64,000 nt of DNA from an uncultured Alphaproteobacteria bacterium (GTDB taxonomy: Bacteria; Pseudomonadota; Alphaproteobacteria; Rhodobacterales; Rhodobacteraceae). The notes under the pieces are model-generated. The model was not told the DNA's origin. It ran no database searches and saw nothing but the letters and a program-made list of their open reading frames with translations. The DNA is taken from the NCBI GenBank assembly GCA_963819995.1, contig CAWFYR010000009.1:46600-110599 (forward strand). The letters run 5' to 3'. Every line of letters begins with the position of its first letter. The stretch's first letter is position 1. The position numbers and the translations under genes were made by a program. Of this stretch, positions 37,709-48,261 are shown piece by piece.

Positions 37709-39460
37709 TCAACTCGCCATCCGCCTCTCCGTTTGCGCCGGCTCGATCGCCAGCCGGACCGTCCGACCGTAGAACCGCTCGGGCAACGGCGTGCCGGCGA
37801 TGTTCAGGACGGCAGTCCCGGCCAGCTCGCCCGCGAGGATCGACAGGATCGTGGTGCGGCTCGTCTCGTCGACCGGGTCGAGCCCCTGGTCGCAGATCAG
37901 CCACTTCGGCAGGCCGAGCAGCAGCCGCGCATAGCCGAGCCGCTCCTGCTCCCCCACGGTCAGCTCGCGGTCCCACCGCCGCGCGAGGTCGAGCGAAGGC
38001 ACCAGCCGCTCGAGCCCCACCCGCCGGAGCGCGCCGGCCATCGCCTCGTCGCTCGGCTCGCCGTCGGGGCGGGCATAGGCGAGAACCTCGCGGAGCGACC
38101 CCGACGGCACGAACGGCCGCTCGGCCAGAAACATCGTCTCCTCCGCCGGCGGCATGCCGATCCGCCCGGAACCGCGGGTCCAGAGCCCGGCGATCGCCAG
38201 GAACAGCGTGCTCTTGCCGCTGCCCGGCCGGCCGAGGATCAGGACCCGCTCGCCCGGGCGCATCTCGAAGTGCCTCTCGCCGAGGCGGATGCGCCCGAAC
38301 CGGGTCTCGACCTCGACGTCCTCCAGATCGAGCCGCGCCTCGGGGTGCGGGGCGCGCTCGATCCGCCCGGTGTCCGCCTCGTCGCGGTCGAGATCGAGCA
38401 GCGCCCGGCGGAAGTCCATCACCCGCGCGAAGGTGGCCCGCCAGTCGGCGATCGCCTGGGTGTTGTCCACGAACCAGCGCAGGGCGTTCTGCACCTGGTT
38501 GAACGCCCCGACCACCATCATCAGCGTCCCGAAGCTGATGTTGCCGCTGAAGTAGCCCGGCGCCGCGACGATGATCGGAAAGACCAGCGCCCCCCACCCG
38601 TACCCCGCCGTCACCGTCGTCAGCCGCACCCGCGCCAGCACGATCTCGCGCCCCTTGGCGAGGACGGCGGAGAGATCGGTCCGCAGCGCCCGCCGCTCGT
38701 CCGCCTCGCCGTTGCTGAGCGCGATCCCGTCCGCCTGCTCGTTGCTGCGGACCAGCGCGAACCGGAAGTCCGCCTCGCGGGCGTAGAACTCCTTCTGGAG
38801 CCGCACCAGCGGCCGGCCGATCCGCCACGACAGCCACGAGCCGCTCAGCGCATAGACCATCGCCGCCCAGACCATGTAGCCGGGTATCCTGAAGCTGTTG
38901 CCGCCGAAATGCAGCACGATCTGGTCCGACAGCAGCCAGAGAACCCCAGTGAAGCTCGCCAGCAGGACCGTCGACTGCAGCAGCCCGATGCCGAGGTCGG
39001 TCGACAGCTCCGACAGGTGTTGCGCGTCGGAATGGATGCGCTGGTCGGGGTTGACCCCGATCTCGCCTGCGCGGCCGATCCGCGCCGCACGTTTCTCGGT
39101 CATCCAGTTGCCGATCAGGTCACTGGTCGCGAGCTCGCGCAGCTTCAGGCGCAGGCGCTGGTTGATCCAGGTCTGCGCGACGTTGAACACGAGCAGGATC
39201 GCGGCGAGCCCGAAGAACACCCAGAGCTGGTGGACGAAAGCCGACAGGTCCCGCCGCTCGATGGCGTTGTAGAACGGCTGGTTCCAGGCGTTGAGCCAGA
39301 CCTGGGCAACCGCGGTCGCGACGATGACGGCGGCGATGCCCGCGACGAGTGCGAACAGCGCCCGGTGGCCGGGCGTCGCCCGCACCGACGCGATCACCGT
39401 CCGGATCTGGTCGCGCAGCCACCGGTCGGCGAGGGGGTTCGGCGGTTTCTCTGAGGCCAT
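37709..39460 (-). CDS. SbmA/BacA-like-domain ABC half-transporter (YddA type) with a divergent nucleotide-binding domain
   Basis: 583 aa with an N-terminal SbmA_BacA-type TMD ([27 protein letters not shown]). The NBD has Walker [10 protein letters not shown] and signature LTVGEQERL, but AERP at the Q-loop, LICDQG at Walker B and NIAGT at the H-loop. Confidence 0.8.
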   Translation of the reverse strand: MASEKPPNPLADRWLRDQIRTVIASVRATPGHRALFALVAGIAAVIVATAVAQVWLNAWNQPFYNAIERRDLSAFVHQLWVFFGLAAILLVFNVAQTWINQRLRLKLRELATSDLIGNWMTEKRAARIGRAGEIGVNPDQRIHSDAQHLSELSTDLGIGLLQSTVLLASFTGVLWLLSDQIVLHFGGNSFRIPGYMVWAAMVYALSGSWLSWRIGRPLVRLQKEFYAREADFRFALVRSNEQADGIALSNGEADERRALRTDLSAVLAKGREIVLARVRLTTVTAGYGWGALVFPIIVAAPGYFSGNISFGTLMMVVGAFNQVQNALRWFVDNTQAIADWRATFARVMDFRRALLDLDRDEADTGRIERAPHPEARLDLEDVEVETRFGRIRLGERHFEMRPGERVLILGRPGSGKSTLFLAIAGLWTRGSGRIGMPPAEETMFLAERPFVPSGSLREVLAYARPDGEPSDEAMAGALRRVGLERLVPSLDLARRWDRELTVGEQERLGYARLLLGLPKWLICDQGLDPVDETSRTTILSILAGELAGTAVLNIAGTPLPERFYGRTVRLAIEPAQTERRMAS

Positions 39461-39640
39461 GCAGGCAGATCCCGATTCGCTGGTCCGGGCACTCTACCGG
39501 CGCCGGCGCCGCGGGCGTTGCAAAAACCCGGGAGCCGCCACGCGCGCCGGCGTCCGGCCGGCGGCTGCTGCACCGGCCGGGTGTCTGTTGCAATCGACCG
39601 ACCGCCGGACAATATAGCACCCGATCCCGAGGAAGGCCGA

Positions 39641-40603
39641 ATGCAGAACTATCTCGACTTCGAAAAGGGCCTCGCCGAGATCGAGGGCAAGGCCGAGGAA
39701 CTGCGCACGCTCGCGCGCAAGAACTCGGACCTGAACGTCGAGGAAGAGGCGGCCGGGCTCGACCGCAAGGCGGCCACTCTGCTCGACGAGCTCTACCGCA
39801 ACCTCGATCCGTGGCGAAAGACGCTGGTCGCGCGCCACCCCGACCGTCCGCACTGCAAGGACTACATCGAGGCGCTGTTCCGCGAATGGATGCCGCTGGC
39901 TGGCGACCGCAACTTCGCCGACGACCACGCGGTGATGGGCGGCGTCGCCCGCTTCGACGACAGGCCCGTGGTGGTGATCGGCCACGAGAAGGGCAACGAC
40001 ACGCGCAGCCGCATCGCGCGCAATTTCGGCATGGCGCGGCCCGAGGGCTACCGCAAGGCGATCCGGCTGATGGACCTCGCCGACCGGTTCTCGCTGCCGG
40101 TCATCACGCTGGTCGATACCCCCGGCGCCTACCCCGGCAAGGGTGCGGAGGAGCGCGGCCAGGCTGAGGCCATCGCGCGGTCCACCGAAAAGTGCCTTCA
40201 ACTCGGCGTGCCGATCATCTCCGTCATCATCGGCGAGGGCGGCTCCGGCGGCGCCGTCGCGTTCGCCACCGCCGACCGCATCGCCATGCTCGAGCACTCG
40301 ATCTACTCGGTGATCTCGCCCGAGGGATGCGCCTCGATCCTCTGGAAGGACGCCGAGAAGATGAAGGAAGCCGCCGAGGCGCTGCGCCTGACCGCCCAGG
40401 ACCTGCTCCATCTCGGCGTCATCGACCGCATCGTGCCCGAACCGCCGGGCGGCGCCCAGCGCGACAAGCCGGGGACCATCGCGCGCGTCGGGACCGCGAT
40501 CGGCGAGCTCCTGGCCGAACTCGACGGCAAAAAGCCCGACGCCATCCGCAAGGCGCGCCGCAGAAAGTACCTCGACATGGGGACGAAGTCGCTCGTCGCC
40601 TGA
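39641..40603 (+). CDS. accA: Acetyl-CoA carboxylase carboxyltransferase subunit alpha
   Basis: 320 aa from the ATG at 39641 ([21 protein letters not shown]). Contains [19 protein letters not shown] and [12 protein letters not shown]. Confidence 0.9.
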   Translation: MQNYLDFEKGLAEIEGKAEELRTLARKNSDLNVEEEAAGLDRKAATLLDELYRNLDPWRKTLVARHPDRPHCKDYIEALFREWMPLAGDRNFADDHAVMGGVARFDDRPVVVIGHEKGNDTRSRIARNFGMARPEGYRKAIRLMDLADRFSLPVITLVDTPGAYPGKGAEERGQAEAIARSTEKCLQLGVPIISVIIGEGGSGGAVAFATADRIAMLEHSIYSVISPEGCASILWKDAEKMKEAAEALRLTAQDLLHLGVIDRIVPEPPGGAQRDKPGTIARVGTAIGELLAELDGKKPDAIRKARRRKYLDMGTKSLVA

Positions 40604-40616
40604 CCCGACACCGTCG

Positions 40617-41078
40617 ATGCCGAACGCGCTGGTCCCCGAGCTCGCGGTGCGCGACTGGCACGCCAGCCTGCGCTTCTACCGCGACCTTCTCGGCTTCCGT
40701 GCCGACTACCTCCGCCCGGAAGAAGGCTTCGCCTCCCTCAGCTTCGGCGACGCCGAGCTGATGATCGACCAGATCGGCACCGGCCGCGACTTCGGCGACG
40801 CCGCCGAGCTTCGCAACCGGACCCTCGGGCGCGGCCTCAACCTGCAAATCCGCGTCCCCGCCCTCGACCCGCTCCTTGCCGCGCTGGCCGGCTCGGGCAC
40901 GCCGCTCCACCTCGCTCCCGAAGAACGCTGGTATCGCCGCGACGACGTCGAGATCGGCCAGCGCCAGTTCGTCGTCGCCGACCCGGACGGCTACCTGCTG
41001 CGGTTCTGCCAGGACCTCGGCACCCGGCCGCGGCCCGCGGTCAGTCCTCCAGCCGCCGAGCCTCGTCGACCATCATGA
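40617..41078 (+). CDS. VOC / bleomycin-resistance-like family protein
   Basis: 153 aa with [17 protein letters not shown]...[13 protein letters not shown]. The Pro/Arg-rich C-terminal tail overlaps the convergent Trm112-like gene by 38 nt. Confidence 0.65.
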   Translation: MPNALVPELAVRDWHASLRFYRDLLGFRADYLRPEEGFASLSFGDAELMIDQIGTGRDFGDAAELRNRTLGRGLNLQIRVPALDPLLAALAGSGTPLHLAPEERWYRRDDVEIGQRQFVVADPDGYLLRFCQDLGTRPRPAVSPPAAEPRRPS

Positions 41079-41250
41079 CCGGGATGCCGTTCTGGATCGG
41101 GAACGCAAGCCCCGCGCCGGCCGAGACCAGCTCCTGCCGCGCCGCGTCGTAGACCAGCGGGCCCCGGGTCACCGGGCAAACCAGGAACTCGAGCATCCGC
41201 CGGTCGGTCTGGCCGGCGCCGATCGGCACCACCTGGTTTCCCTCGCTCAC
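41041..41250 (-). CDS. Trm112 family (UPF0434) small zinc-ribbon-like protein
   Basis: [25 protein letters not shown]...[19 protein letters not shown]. The GTG at 41250 overlaps the upstream stop (GTGA). An alternative ATG at 41196 would give 51 aa. Confidence 0.7.
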   Translation of the reverse strand: MSEGNQVVPIGAGQTDRRMLEFLVCPVTRGPLVYDAARQELVSAGAGLAFPIQNGIPVMMVDEARRLED

Positions 41251-41912
41251 TGGATCGCACCCTCGTCGCCGGTCGAGCGCAGCGCGAATTCCATCAGCGT
41301 CGTCAGGGTCTCGCGCCGGTTGCTCAGCGTCGGCGCCTCGAGCAGCGCCTGCTTCTCCTCGGGATCGAACGGGCAGAGGATCGAGAGCGAGTTCACCAGC
41401 AGCTCGACGTCCGCCTCCTTGAGGCTGTCCCAGTCCGAGCTCAGCTGCGCCGTGTCGAAGAACCGCGCCAGCACCGTCAGGAACGCCTGGCGGTCGAACT
41501 CAGGGTCCTGCTCGGCCCGGCCGAGGTCGCGCCCGAAGCTCGTCCAGTCCACCCGCGCCCGCAGGTACGGGGTGAACCCCTCGATCATCTCGCCGAGCCG
41601 GAACCGGCTGACGCCCGAGAGGGTGATCAGGTACCGCCCGTCCTCGGTCTCCTGCATCGCCGTCACCCGGCCGGCGCAGCCGATGTGATGCAGCCGCGCG
41701 GGCTTGGCCTCGCTCTTGTCCTCGGGCACCAGCAGCGGCTGGACCATGCCGACCAGCCGGTGCGGCGTCTTCAGCGCGTCCTCGAGCATCGCGAGATAGC
41801 GCGGCTCGAAGATGTTGAGCGGCAGGCGCGCCCGAGGCAGCAGCAACGCCCCGGGCAACGGAAAGATCGGGAGGGTCTCCGGCAGATCGGCGAGGCTCAG
41901 CTTTCGGCCCAT
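41247..41912 (-). CDS. LON N-terminal (substrate-binding) domain-only protein
   Basis: 221 aa from the ATG at 41912 with [30 protein letters not shown]. No AAA+ or protease domain. Confidence 0.8.
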   Translation of the reverse strand: MGRKLSLADLPETLPIFPLPGALLLPRARLPLNIFEPRYLAMLEDALKTPHRLVGMVQPLLVPEDKSEAKPARLHHIGCAGRVTAMQETEDGRYLITLSGVSRFRLGEMIEGFTPYLRARVDWTSFGRDLGRAEQDPEFDRQAFLTVLARFFDTAQLSSDWDSLKEADVELLVNSLSILCPFDPEEKQALLEAPTLSNRRETLTTLMEFALRSTGDEGAIQ

Positions 41913-41932
41913 GCGGTCTCCCGGCTCGGGGT

Positions 41933-42829
41933 TCAGGAGAAGATCATCGAGCTCAGGCGCCGCCGGCCCTTCAGGACCGCCTCGCTCTTCGGCCCGAGGC
42001 TGTCGAAGAGCTTGAAGAGCTGCTCCTTGGCGGCGCCGTCGTTCCACTCGCGGTCGCGGCGGAAGAGCTCCAGCAGCGCGTCGATCGCCCCCTCCGGATC
42101 GCCCTTGCCGACCAGCGCCATCGCGAGGTCGTAGCGCGCCTGGTGATCGTCGGGGTTCTTCTCCACCGCCGCCGCGAGCTCGGTCGTCTCGCCCACGTCC
42201 GCACTCGCCTCGGCGAGGTCGATCTGCGCCCGCGCCGCCACGATCGCCGGATCGGCTTCCTTGCCTTTCGGCGCCAGCGCCAGGATTTCCCGCGCCCGCT
42301 CGATCTCGCCGAGCGCGAGATGCGACCGCGCCAGCCCCGCGAGCGCCGCGACGTTGCCCTCGTCCTCGGTCAGGATCGCGGCGAAAGTCTGCGCCGCATC
42401 CGCTGCGGCCCCCTCGGCCAGCATCTCCTCGGCGGCGCCCAGCGCCTCCTCGAGCCCGGCGTCCGGGCCTGCCATCGCGATCAGCCGGTCGACGAACGCC
42501 TTGACCTGAGCCGGGGTCTGCGCGCCGATGAACCCGTCCACCGGCTGGCCGCCGACGAAGCCGAAGACTGCCGGGATCGACTGCACCCGCATCTGCGCCG
42601 CGATCCGCTGGTTCTGGTCGACGTCGATCTTGACCAGCCGCACCTTGCCCTTGGCCTCGGTCACCGCCTTCTCGAGCGCGGGCGTCAGCGTCTTGCACGG
42701 CCCGCACCACGGCGCCCAGAAGTCGACGATCACCGGCACCTCGTTCGAGGCGTCGATCACGTCCGCCATGAACGTCGCTTCGGTCGCGTCCTTGATCGGG
42801 CTCGCCGGGGCCGAAAGGTTCAGGTCCAT
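41933..42829 (-). CDS. Thioredoxin-domain plus TPR co-chaperone (YbbN/CnoX-like)
   Basis: From the ATG at 42829: VIVDFWAPWCGPCK active site followed by a TPR-like helical C-domain. Confidence 0.85.
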   Translation of the reverse strand: MDLNLSAPASPIKDATEATFMADVIDASNEVPVIVDFWAPWCGPCKTLTPALEKAVTEAKGKVRLVKIDVDQNQRIAAQMRVQSIPAVFGFVGGQPVDGFIGAQTPAQVKAFVDRLIAMAGPDAGLEEALGAAEEMLAEGAAADAAQTFAAILTEDEGNVAALAGLARSHLALGEIERAREILALAPKGKEADPAIVAARAQIDLAEASADVGETTELAAAVEKNPDDHQARYDLAMALVGKGDPEGAIDALLELFRRDREWNDGAAKEQLFKLFDSLGPKSEAVLKGRRRLSSMIFS

Positions 42830-43056
42830 CACACTCTCCGTGCCAAGCCCGCCCACACGCAATCCGGGCGCCTCGTTGCGGCTCTAGGTGGGGTAGCCCA
42901 CCCCACCCGTCAAGCGCTTTCCGCCCCATCCCGCCCCAGCTTCCCCCGCCCCCGCGCCAGCGCAGCCGAGGCCTTGGCGTGGTTGAACGGCATGGTCTCT
43001 CCCGATCGAACACCGTGAGAGCGGCCGCAAGGCACCTCTCTGCCTCCGCAAGCGAC

Positions 43057-43105
43057 CCTGCCGGGTTCGAAACCGTTGGGCTTCACCACCGGCAGGATGT
43101 TTTTT
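43057..43105 (+). terminator. Orphan plus-strand intrinsic terminator
   Basis: CCTGCCGG-(24 nt)-CCGGCAGG followed by atgTTTTTTg. The orientation fits only a plus-strand transcript, but both flanking genes are on the minus strand. Confidence 0.45.
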
Positions 43106-43229
43106 GCCTTGCAACCGGGCAAGCGCCGGGAGGGCTCATGCAATTTTTAACGATTTTGAATCTGTTCAAGATCATAGGCTTACCCATAATTTCGCGTGCG
43201 AAATGCCGAACAGCATCCACAGGGACGCC

Positions 43230-43817
43230 TCAGCACGCCGCGAGCAGCCTCGCGTGCCGCTCCAGAAACGCCGCCTTGACCTCCGCCGGCGGCCGCAGCT
43301 GCAGCGCGATCTCGCCGAGCCCCGCGACCTTCGGCGTGCCGAAGAACCGGGTCGCCTCGGCGGCGGCGAAGCCTGCGAGATGCACCGCCTCGAGCCAGGC
43401 CGAGACCTTGTCCGCCCGCTTGATCTGCGCCTTGACCGGCGCCGGCAGCACCGCCGGCAGCCCGAAGCGCAGGTGCACCGCCGCCGCGAGCCGGGCGTCG
43501 AGTGCGGCGTACTCCGGCCCCACAGCACTCTTCACCGGCGAGATCATGTCGCCGATGACGTACTCCGGCGCGTCGTGCAGCAGCGCCGCCAGCCGCCAGC
43601 GCACCTCCGGCCGCGGCACGATCCGGGCGTAGATTTCCTCGACCAGCAGCGAATGCTCCGCCACCGAATAGGCGTGCTCACCGCGGGTCTGGCCGTTCCA
43701 GCGCGCCACGAACGCCAGCCCGTGCGCGATGTCCTCGACCTCGACGTCGAGCGGCGAGGGGTCGAGCAGGTCGAGCCGCCGCCCCGAAAGCATCCGCTGC
43801 CACGCCCTCGCCGCCAC
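43230..43817 (-). CDS. HD-domain phosphohydrolase (YfbR-like 5'-nucleotidase type)
   Basis: 195 aa with VEDIAHGLAFVARWNG, SVAEHSLLV and LLHDAPEYVIGDMISPVK. Confidence 0.7.
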   Translation of the reverse strand: MAARAWQRMLSGRRLDLLDPSPLDVEVEDIAHGLAFVARWNGQTRGEHAYSVAEHSLLVEEIYARIVPRPEVRWRLAALLHDAPEYVIGDMISPVKSAVGPEYAALDARLAAAVHLRFGLPAVLPAPVKAQIKRADKVSAWLEAVHLAGFAAAEATRFFGTPKVAGLGEIALQLRPPAEVKAAFLERHARLLAAC

Positions 43818-43841
43818 CGCCCCAGCCTCCCCGACCGCCTG

Positions 43842-44804
43842 CTACCGGATCACCGTCATGTCGGTCGAGAACCGGTCGAGATAGGCGCACATCCTGCCGA
43901 CCGAGAGCAGGTGCTTGACCAGCATCCGCCTGAGGTACGCCGGGTTGCCGTGCGGCGGCGTCCCGTCCGGCCCCACCGGCTGGTCGGGAAAGTGCTCGGC
44001 CATGAAGCCGCGGTACGCCCGCCGGAACCGCAGCGGGAACGCCCCGGCATCGCTCTTCCACGGTTTCCGCGGTCCGATGAAGTGCACGATGTTGGCGTCC
44101 TCCATCGCCTCGAAGAGCCGCGACGCCCAGGTGTACTGCCAGTTCCAGAGCGGCGACAGCTCCGCCCAGTCGCCCTGCAGCGTGGCGTTGAGCAGGTTCT
44201 GGTCGTGCCGGATCATCACCGCGCGGTTGGCCCGCCCGAGTGCCACGCAGCGATCGAGGAGCCCGGTGCCGTTGTAGGTCGCGACGTCGATCAGCATCAC
44301 CCCGGCATTGAAGTAGCGCGCCTTGGGCAGTCCCAGCCGCCTGAACTGCTCCGGCCTCCGCCCCGGCGTGCGCCATTGCGAGTTGTCCCGCACCGCCCCG
44401 ATCGCATGAGGACCTAGGTCGAGCGCCAGGAACGCCTCGAAGTCGCCGCGCTGCACGAAGACGTCGCCGTCGAGATAGAGCAGCCGGTCGTACTCGCCGG
44501 CAAAGGCCGCCGGCAGCGCCAGCCGCAGGTAGACCACCTGGCCCCGCCCCTCGTCGAGCCGCAGCCCGTCAAAGAGCGTGTCCGTGCTCACCCGGCAGTA
44601 GCGGATGCCGAGGTGCTCCAGGCCGGCAGGCCGCGGCGGCGCCTCGTCCATGTAGCAGAGGCAGATGTCGAAATCCCGGCCGGGATGCAGGCGCGCGATC
44701 TGCTCGGCCGCCGCCAATGCGAAGCGGGCATACTGGCCGTCGCAGGCGAAGACCACGGCGCGCCGGGCGCGGGGCGGGTGCGATGCCTCGAGTGTGACGG
44801 CCAT
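43842..44804 (-). CDS. Glycosyltransferase family 8 protein
   Basis: 320 aa with VVFACDGQYA, YLRLALPAAF, a DxD motif (YLDGDVFV), YFNAGVMLID and HDQNLLN. Confidence 0.75.
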   Translation of the reverse strand: MAVTLEASHPPRARRAVVFACDGQYARFALAAAEQIARLHPGRDFDICLCYMDEAPPRPAGLEHLGIRYCRVSTDTLFDGLRLDEGRGQVVYLRLALPAAFAGEYDRLLYLDGDVFVQRGDFEAFLALDLGPHAIGAVRDNSQWRTPGRRPEQFRRLGLPKARYFNAGVMLIDVATYNGTGLLDRCVALGRANRAVMIRHDQNLLNATLQGDWAELSPLWNWQYTWASRLFEAMEDANIVHFIGPRKPWKSDAGAFPLRFRRAYRGFMAEHFPDQPVGPDGTPPHGNPAYLRRMLVKHLLSVGRMCAYLDRFSTDMTVIR

Positions 44805-44924
44805 GGCAGTGCACTCCGGATGATCGGCGGCTCATAGCCTCGCCTCTGCCGGTTGTCGAGCGCGGCGCTTCTTGCTAAGTCCCGGCGGGAAACGGCCGGG
44901 CGGCCGTATAGGAGCAGGTTCGTC

Positions 44925-46316
<1,392 letters not shown>

Positions 46317-46325
46317 CCGCCGCGC

Positions 46326-46347
46326 CGGGGCCGGCCCGCCGGCCCCG
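46326..46347. terminator. GC hairpin just after the ahcY stop
   Basis: CGGGGCCGG-cccg-CCGGCCCCG, a 9-bp perfect stem 10 nt after the TGA. No U-tract. Confidence 0.4.
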
Positions 46348-46626
46348 CAACACTCTGGTAAGCTTGAAGTCTAGGCGCTTGCCGGTTGACCGGCGGCCGA
46401 TTTCGGGCAATAGTCCGACCTATCGATGGCCGCGGCAGAAACGCCCCCTTCTCCCATCGACCCCAAGCCATTCGCAGTTTCGTTCCCGCGGGTTTCCTGA
46501 ACCCTGGAGGGGTCGTGCGGGTCGGCGAGGTCACCGGCAGTGTCATGGCGGAAGGCGGGTGTGGGGTCCGTCTGAGCCACCGCGCCGGTGCCTCGCGGAT
46601 GGGGGTCCAAGTACCCGCATGCAGCG

Positions 46627-46664
46627 GATCGGGAGGGCTCTTTGAGGGGAGAGCCCTCCCGATC
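46627..46664. repeat. Perfect 15-bp inverted repeat (stable hairpin) in a long non-coding gap
   Basis: GATCGGGAGGGCTCT-ttgagggg-AGAGCCCTCCCGATC. No U-tract on either strand and no plausible ORF around it. Confidence 0.5.
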
Positions 46665-46851
46665 TCGCGTTCCGCGCGGCGCTATCGGCACTTCACGCAC
46701 CGCTCTCGGGCGCTCGCCGGCGAAGCATTAAGAATTATTAACCGTTCCCGAAACTTTCCAGGAGGAGCGCTCGTACGAGCCCTGTCAGGGGAAAACAGAC
46801 CGTCACTTCTGACGCGCTTTGAGCAATCAGAACCTTTTGGGAGAACCTCTG

Positions 46852-47769
46852 ATGAGGACACAAGAACAGGCCGAGCCGCGCCAGCTTTCCGACCTCGACC
46901 TAAAGGCGGGCCGACGCGCTTTTCTCATGACGTCCGGCCTCATGGCGGCCGGCGCCGCCCTGATGGGCGTGGCCGGCGCGCCGGGCGCCGCCGAGGCCGC
47001 GGCGATCGACGATCCGACAATCCTGAACTTCGCGCTCAACCTCGAGTATCTCGAAGCGGAGTTCTACCTGCGCGCCGCCTTCGGGCGCGGGCTGGCCGAC
47101 AAGGATGCGACCGGAACCGGCGACGCCGGCAAGGTCATGGTCCCCAAGAACACCAATCCGGCGAGCTACCCCAAGAACCTGTCGAAGATCATCCTGAACT
47201 ACGCCAAGGAGATCGCGGTCGACGAGGAGCATCACGTCCAGCTGCTCCGCAGCGCGCTGGGGTCCCAAAAGGTCGCCCGGCCCGCGATCAACCTCGACAC
47301 CTCCTTCACGGCCGCGGCCCGCGCCGCGGGGCTCATCACCGGCAATCAGACTTTCAGCCCGTTCGCCGACGACACAAGCTTCCTGCTCGGGGCGTTCATC
47401 TTCGAGGACGTCGGCGTGACGGCCTACAAGGGCGCCGCCCGCCTGATCAAGAACCCCGACATCCTGGAGACCGCCGCGGGGCTCCTGGCGGTCGAGGCCT
47501 ACCATGCCGGCGCCGTCCGCAGCCTGCTCATCCAGCGGGGCCTCTTCGCCGCTTCGAACGCCATCTCGGATGCGCGCGACAGCCTCGACGGCAGCACCGA
47601 ACTCGACCGGGGCACCGGCTCGAGCCAGCTCTACAACGTCACGCCGACCGACAAGATGGGCCTCGCGTACAGCCGCACTCCGCAGCAGGTGCTCTGCATC
47701 GTCTATCTCGGGCCCCAGGCAAGCGCCGCAAGCTTCTTCCCCAAGCGGCTCAACGGTACCGTCCGCTAG
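46852..47769 (+). CDS. Tat-exported ferritin-like domain protein (desiccation-related-protein type)
   Basis: From the ATG at 46852 (GGGAGA RBS): twin-arginine signal GRRAFLMTSGLMAAGAALMG, then ILNFALNLEYLEAEFY, EEHHVQLLRSAL and FEDVGVTAYKGAA. Confidence 0.7.
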   Translation: MRTQEQAEPRQLSDLDLKAGRRAFLMTSGLMAAGAALMGVAGAPGAAEAAAIDDPTILNFALNLEYLEAEFYLRAAFGRGLADKDATGTGDAGKVMVPKNTNPASYPKNLSKIILNYAKEIAVDEEHHVQLLRSALGSQKVARPAINLDTSFTAAARAAGLITGNQTFSPFADDTSFLLGAFIFEDVGVTAYKGAARLIKNPDILETAAGLLAVEAYHAGAVRSLLIQRGLFAASNAISDARDSLDGSTELDRGTGSSQLYNVTPTDKMGLAYSRTPQQVLCIVYLGPQASAASFFPKRLNGTVR

Positions 47770-47824
47770 GCGCCGACATCAAGCAGGCGCTGCGCCCCTC
47801 TTCCGCGCAGCGCCCCCCGGCCGC

Positions 47825-48244
47825 TCAGCCCTTGTAGCCGCCGAGATCGCAGACCATCCGCCATTCCTCGGCACTCACCGGCTGCACCGAGAGCCGCGAG
47901 TTCCTGACCAGCACCATATCCTTCAGCCGCGCGTCCGCCTTGATGGTCTCGAGCGTCACCGGCTCCGGGAACGGCGCCACCGCGCGGATGTCGACGCAAT
48001 CCCACCGACCGTCGTCGGCCGTCGAATCCGGGTGAGCCTCGGCGATCACCTCCACCACCCCGACCACCGCCTTGATGTCGCCCGAGTGATAGAAGAAACC
48101 GAGGTCGCCCTTCTTCATCGCCTTCATGTGGTTGCGCGCCTGAAAGTTGCGCACGCCGTCCCATTCCTGCCCGGCGTCGCCTTTGGCGACCTGGTCGTCC
48201 CAGCTCCAGGTTTCCGCCTCGGACTTGAAGAGCCAGTGCTGCAT
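47825..48244 (-). CDS. EVE (PUA-like) domain protein
   Basis: 139 aa with MQHWLFKSEAETWSWDD, GVRNFQARNHMKAMKKGDLGFFYHS and MVLVRNSRLSVQPV. Confidence 0.8.
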   Translation of the reverse strand: MQHWLFKSEAETWSWDDQVAKGDAGQEWDGVRNFQARNHMKAMKKGDLGFFYHSGDIKAVVGVVEVIAEAHPDSTADDGRWDCVDIRAVAPFPEPVTLETIKADARLKDMVLVRNSRLSVQPVSAEEWRMVCDLGGYKG

Positions 48245-48261
48245 CCGCTCTCTCCCTCGCG

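Noticed and set aside
34932-38837. A 1301-aa minus-strand ORF. Similar very long ORFs occur at 17004..20369, 17060..20713, 10891..13842, 5475..7088, 2698..4248, 21586..23256, 43104..44417 and 44832..46304.
   Set aside because: Their translations are Arg/Gly/Ala/Pro-rich low-complexity strings with no recognisable motifs. They lie antisense to, or out of frame with, genes that carry clear family signatures. This is the usual stop-codon-poor artefact of very GC-rich DNA.
41041-41078. The 38-nt convergent overlap of the VOC gene and the Trm112-like gene as a possible antisense regulatory arrangement.
   Set aside because: The overlapping part of the VOC ORF is a Pro/Arg-rich tail beyond the conserved fold (after LLRFCQDLG). 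It is probably fortuitous read-through to the next stop in GC-rich DNA.
43062-43090. A tRNA-like or tmRNA-like 3' end (GGGTTCGAAACC ... CACCA), raising the possibility of a tRNA fragment, an integration site or a two-piece alphaproteobacterial ssrA.
   Set aside because: The T-arm cannot form 5 bp, and there is no acceptor or anticodon arm. No ANDN-type tag reading frame exists in 42863..43230 on either strand. The sequence is better explained as the loop of the plus-strand terminator hairpin.
44805-44924. An SAH riboswitch in the ahcY leader.
   Set aside because: The conserved GAGGAGCG...CAGGCUCGG...AACGGCGCUCAC blocks and the pseudoknot pairing are not present; only a short GAGCGC/GCGCU palindrome is. 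As far as I recall, this riboswitch class is mainly beta/gamma-proteobacterial.
47825-48244. The EVE-domain protein as a marker of a modified-DNA-sensing defence system.
   Set aside because: It is a stand-alone 139-aa protein sitting directly downstream of the core genes gpsA-tsaD. No nuclease, methylase or ATPase partner is nearby.
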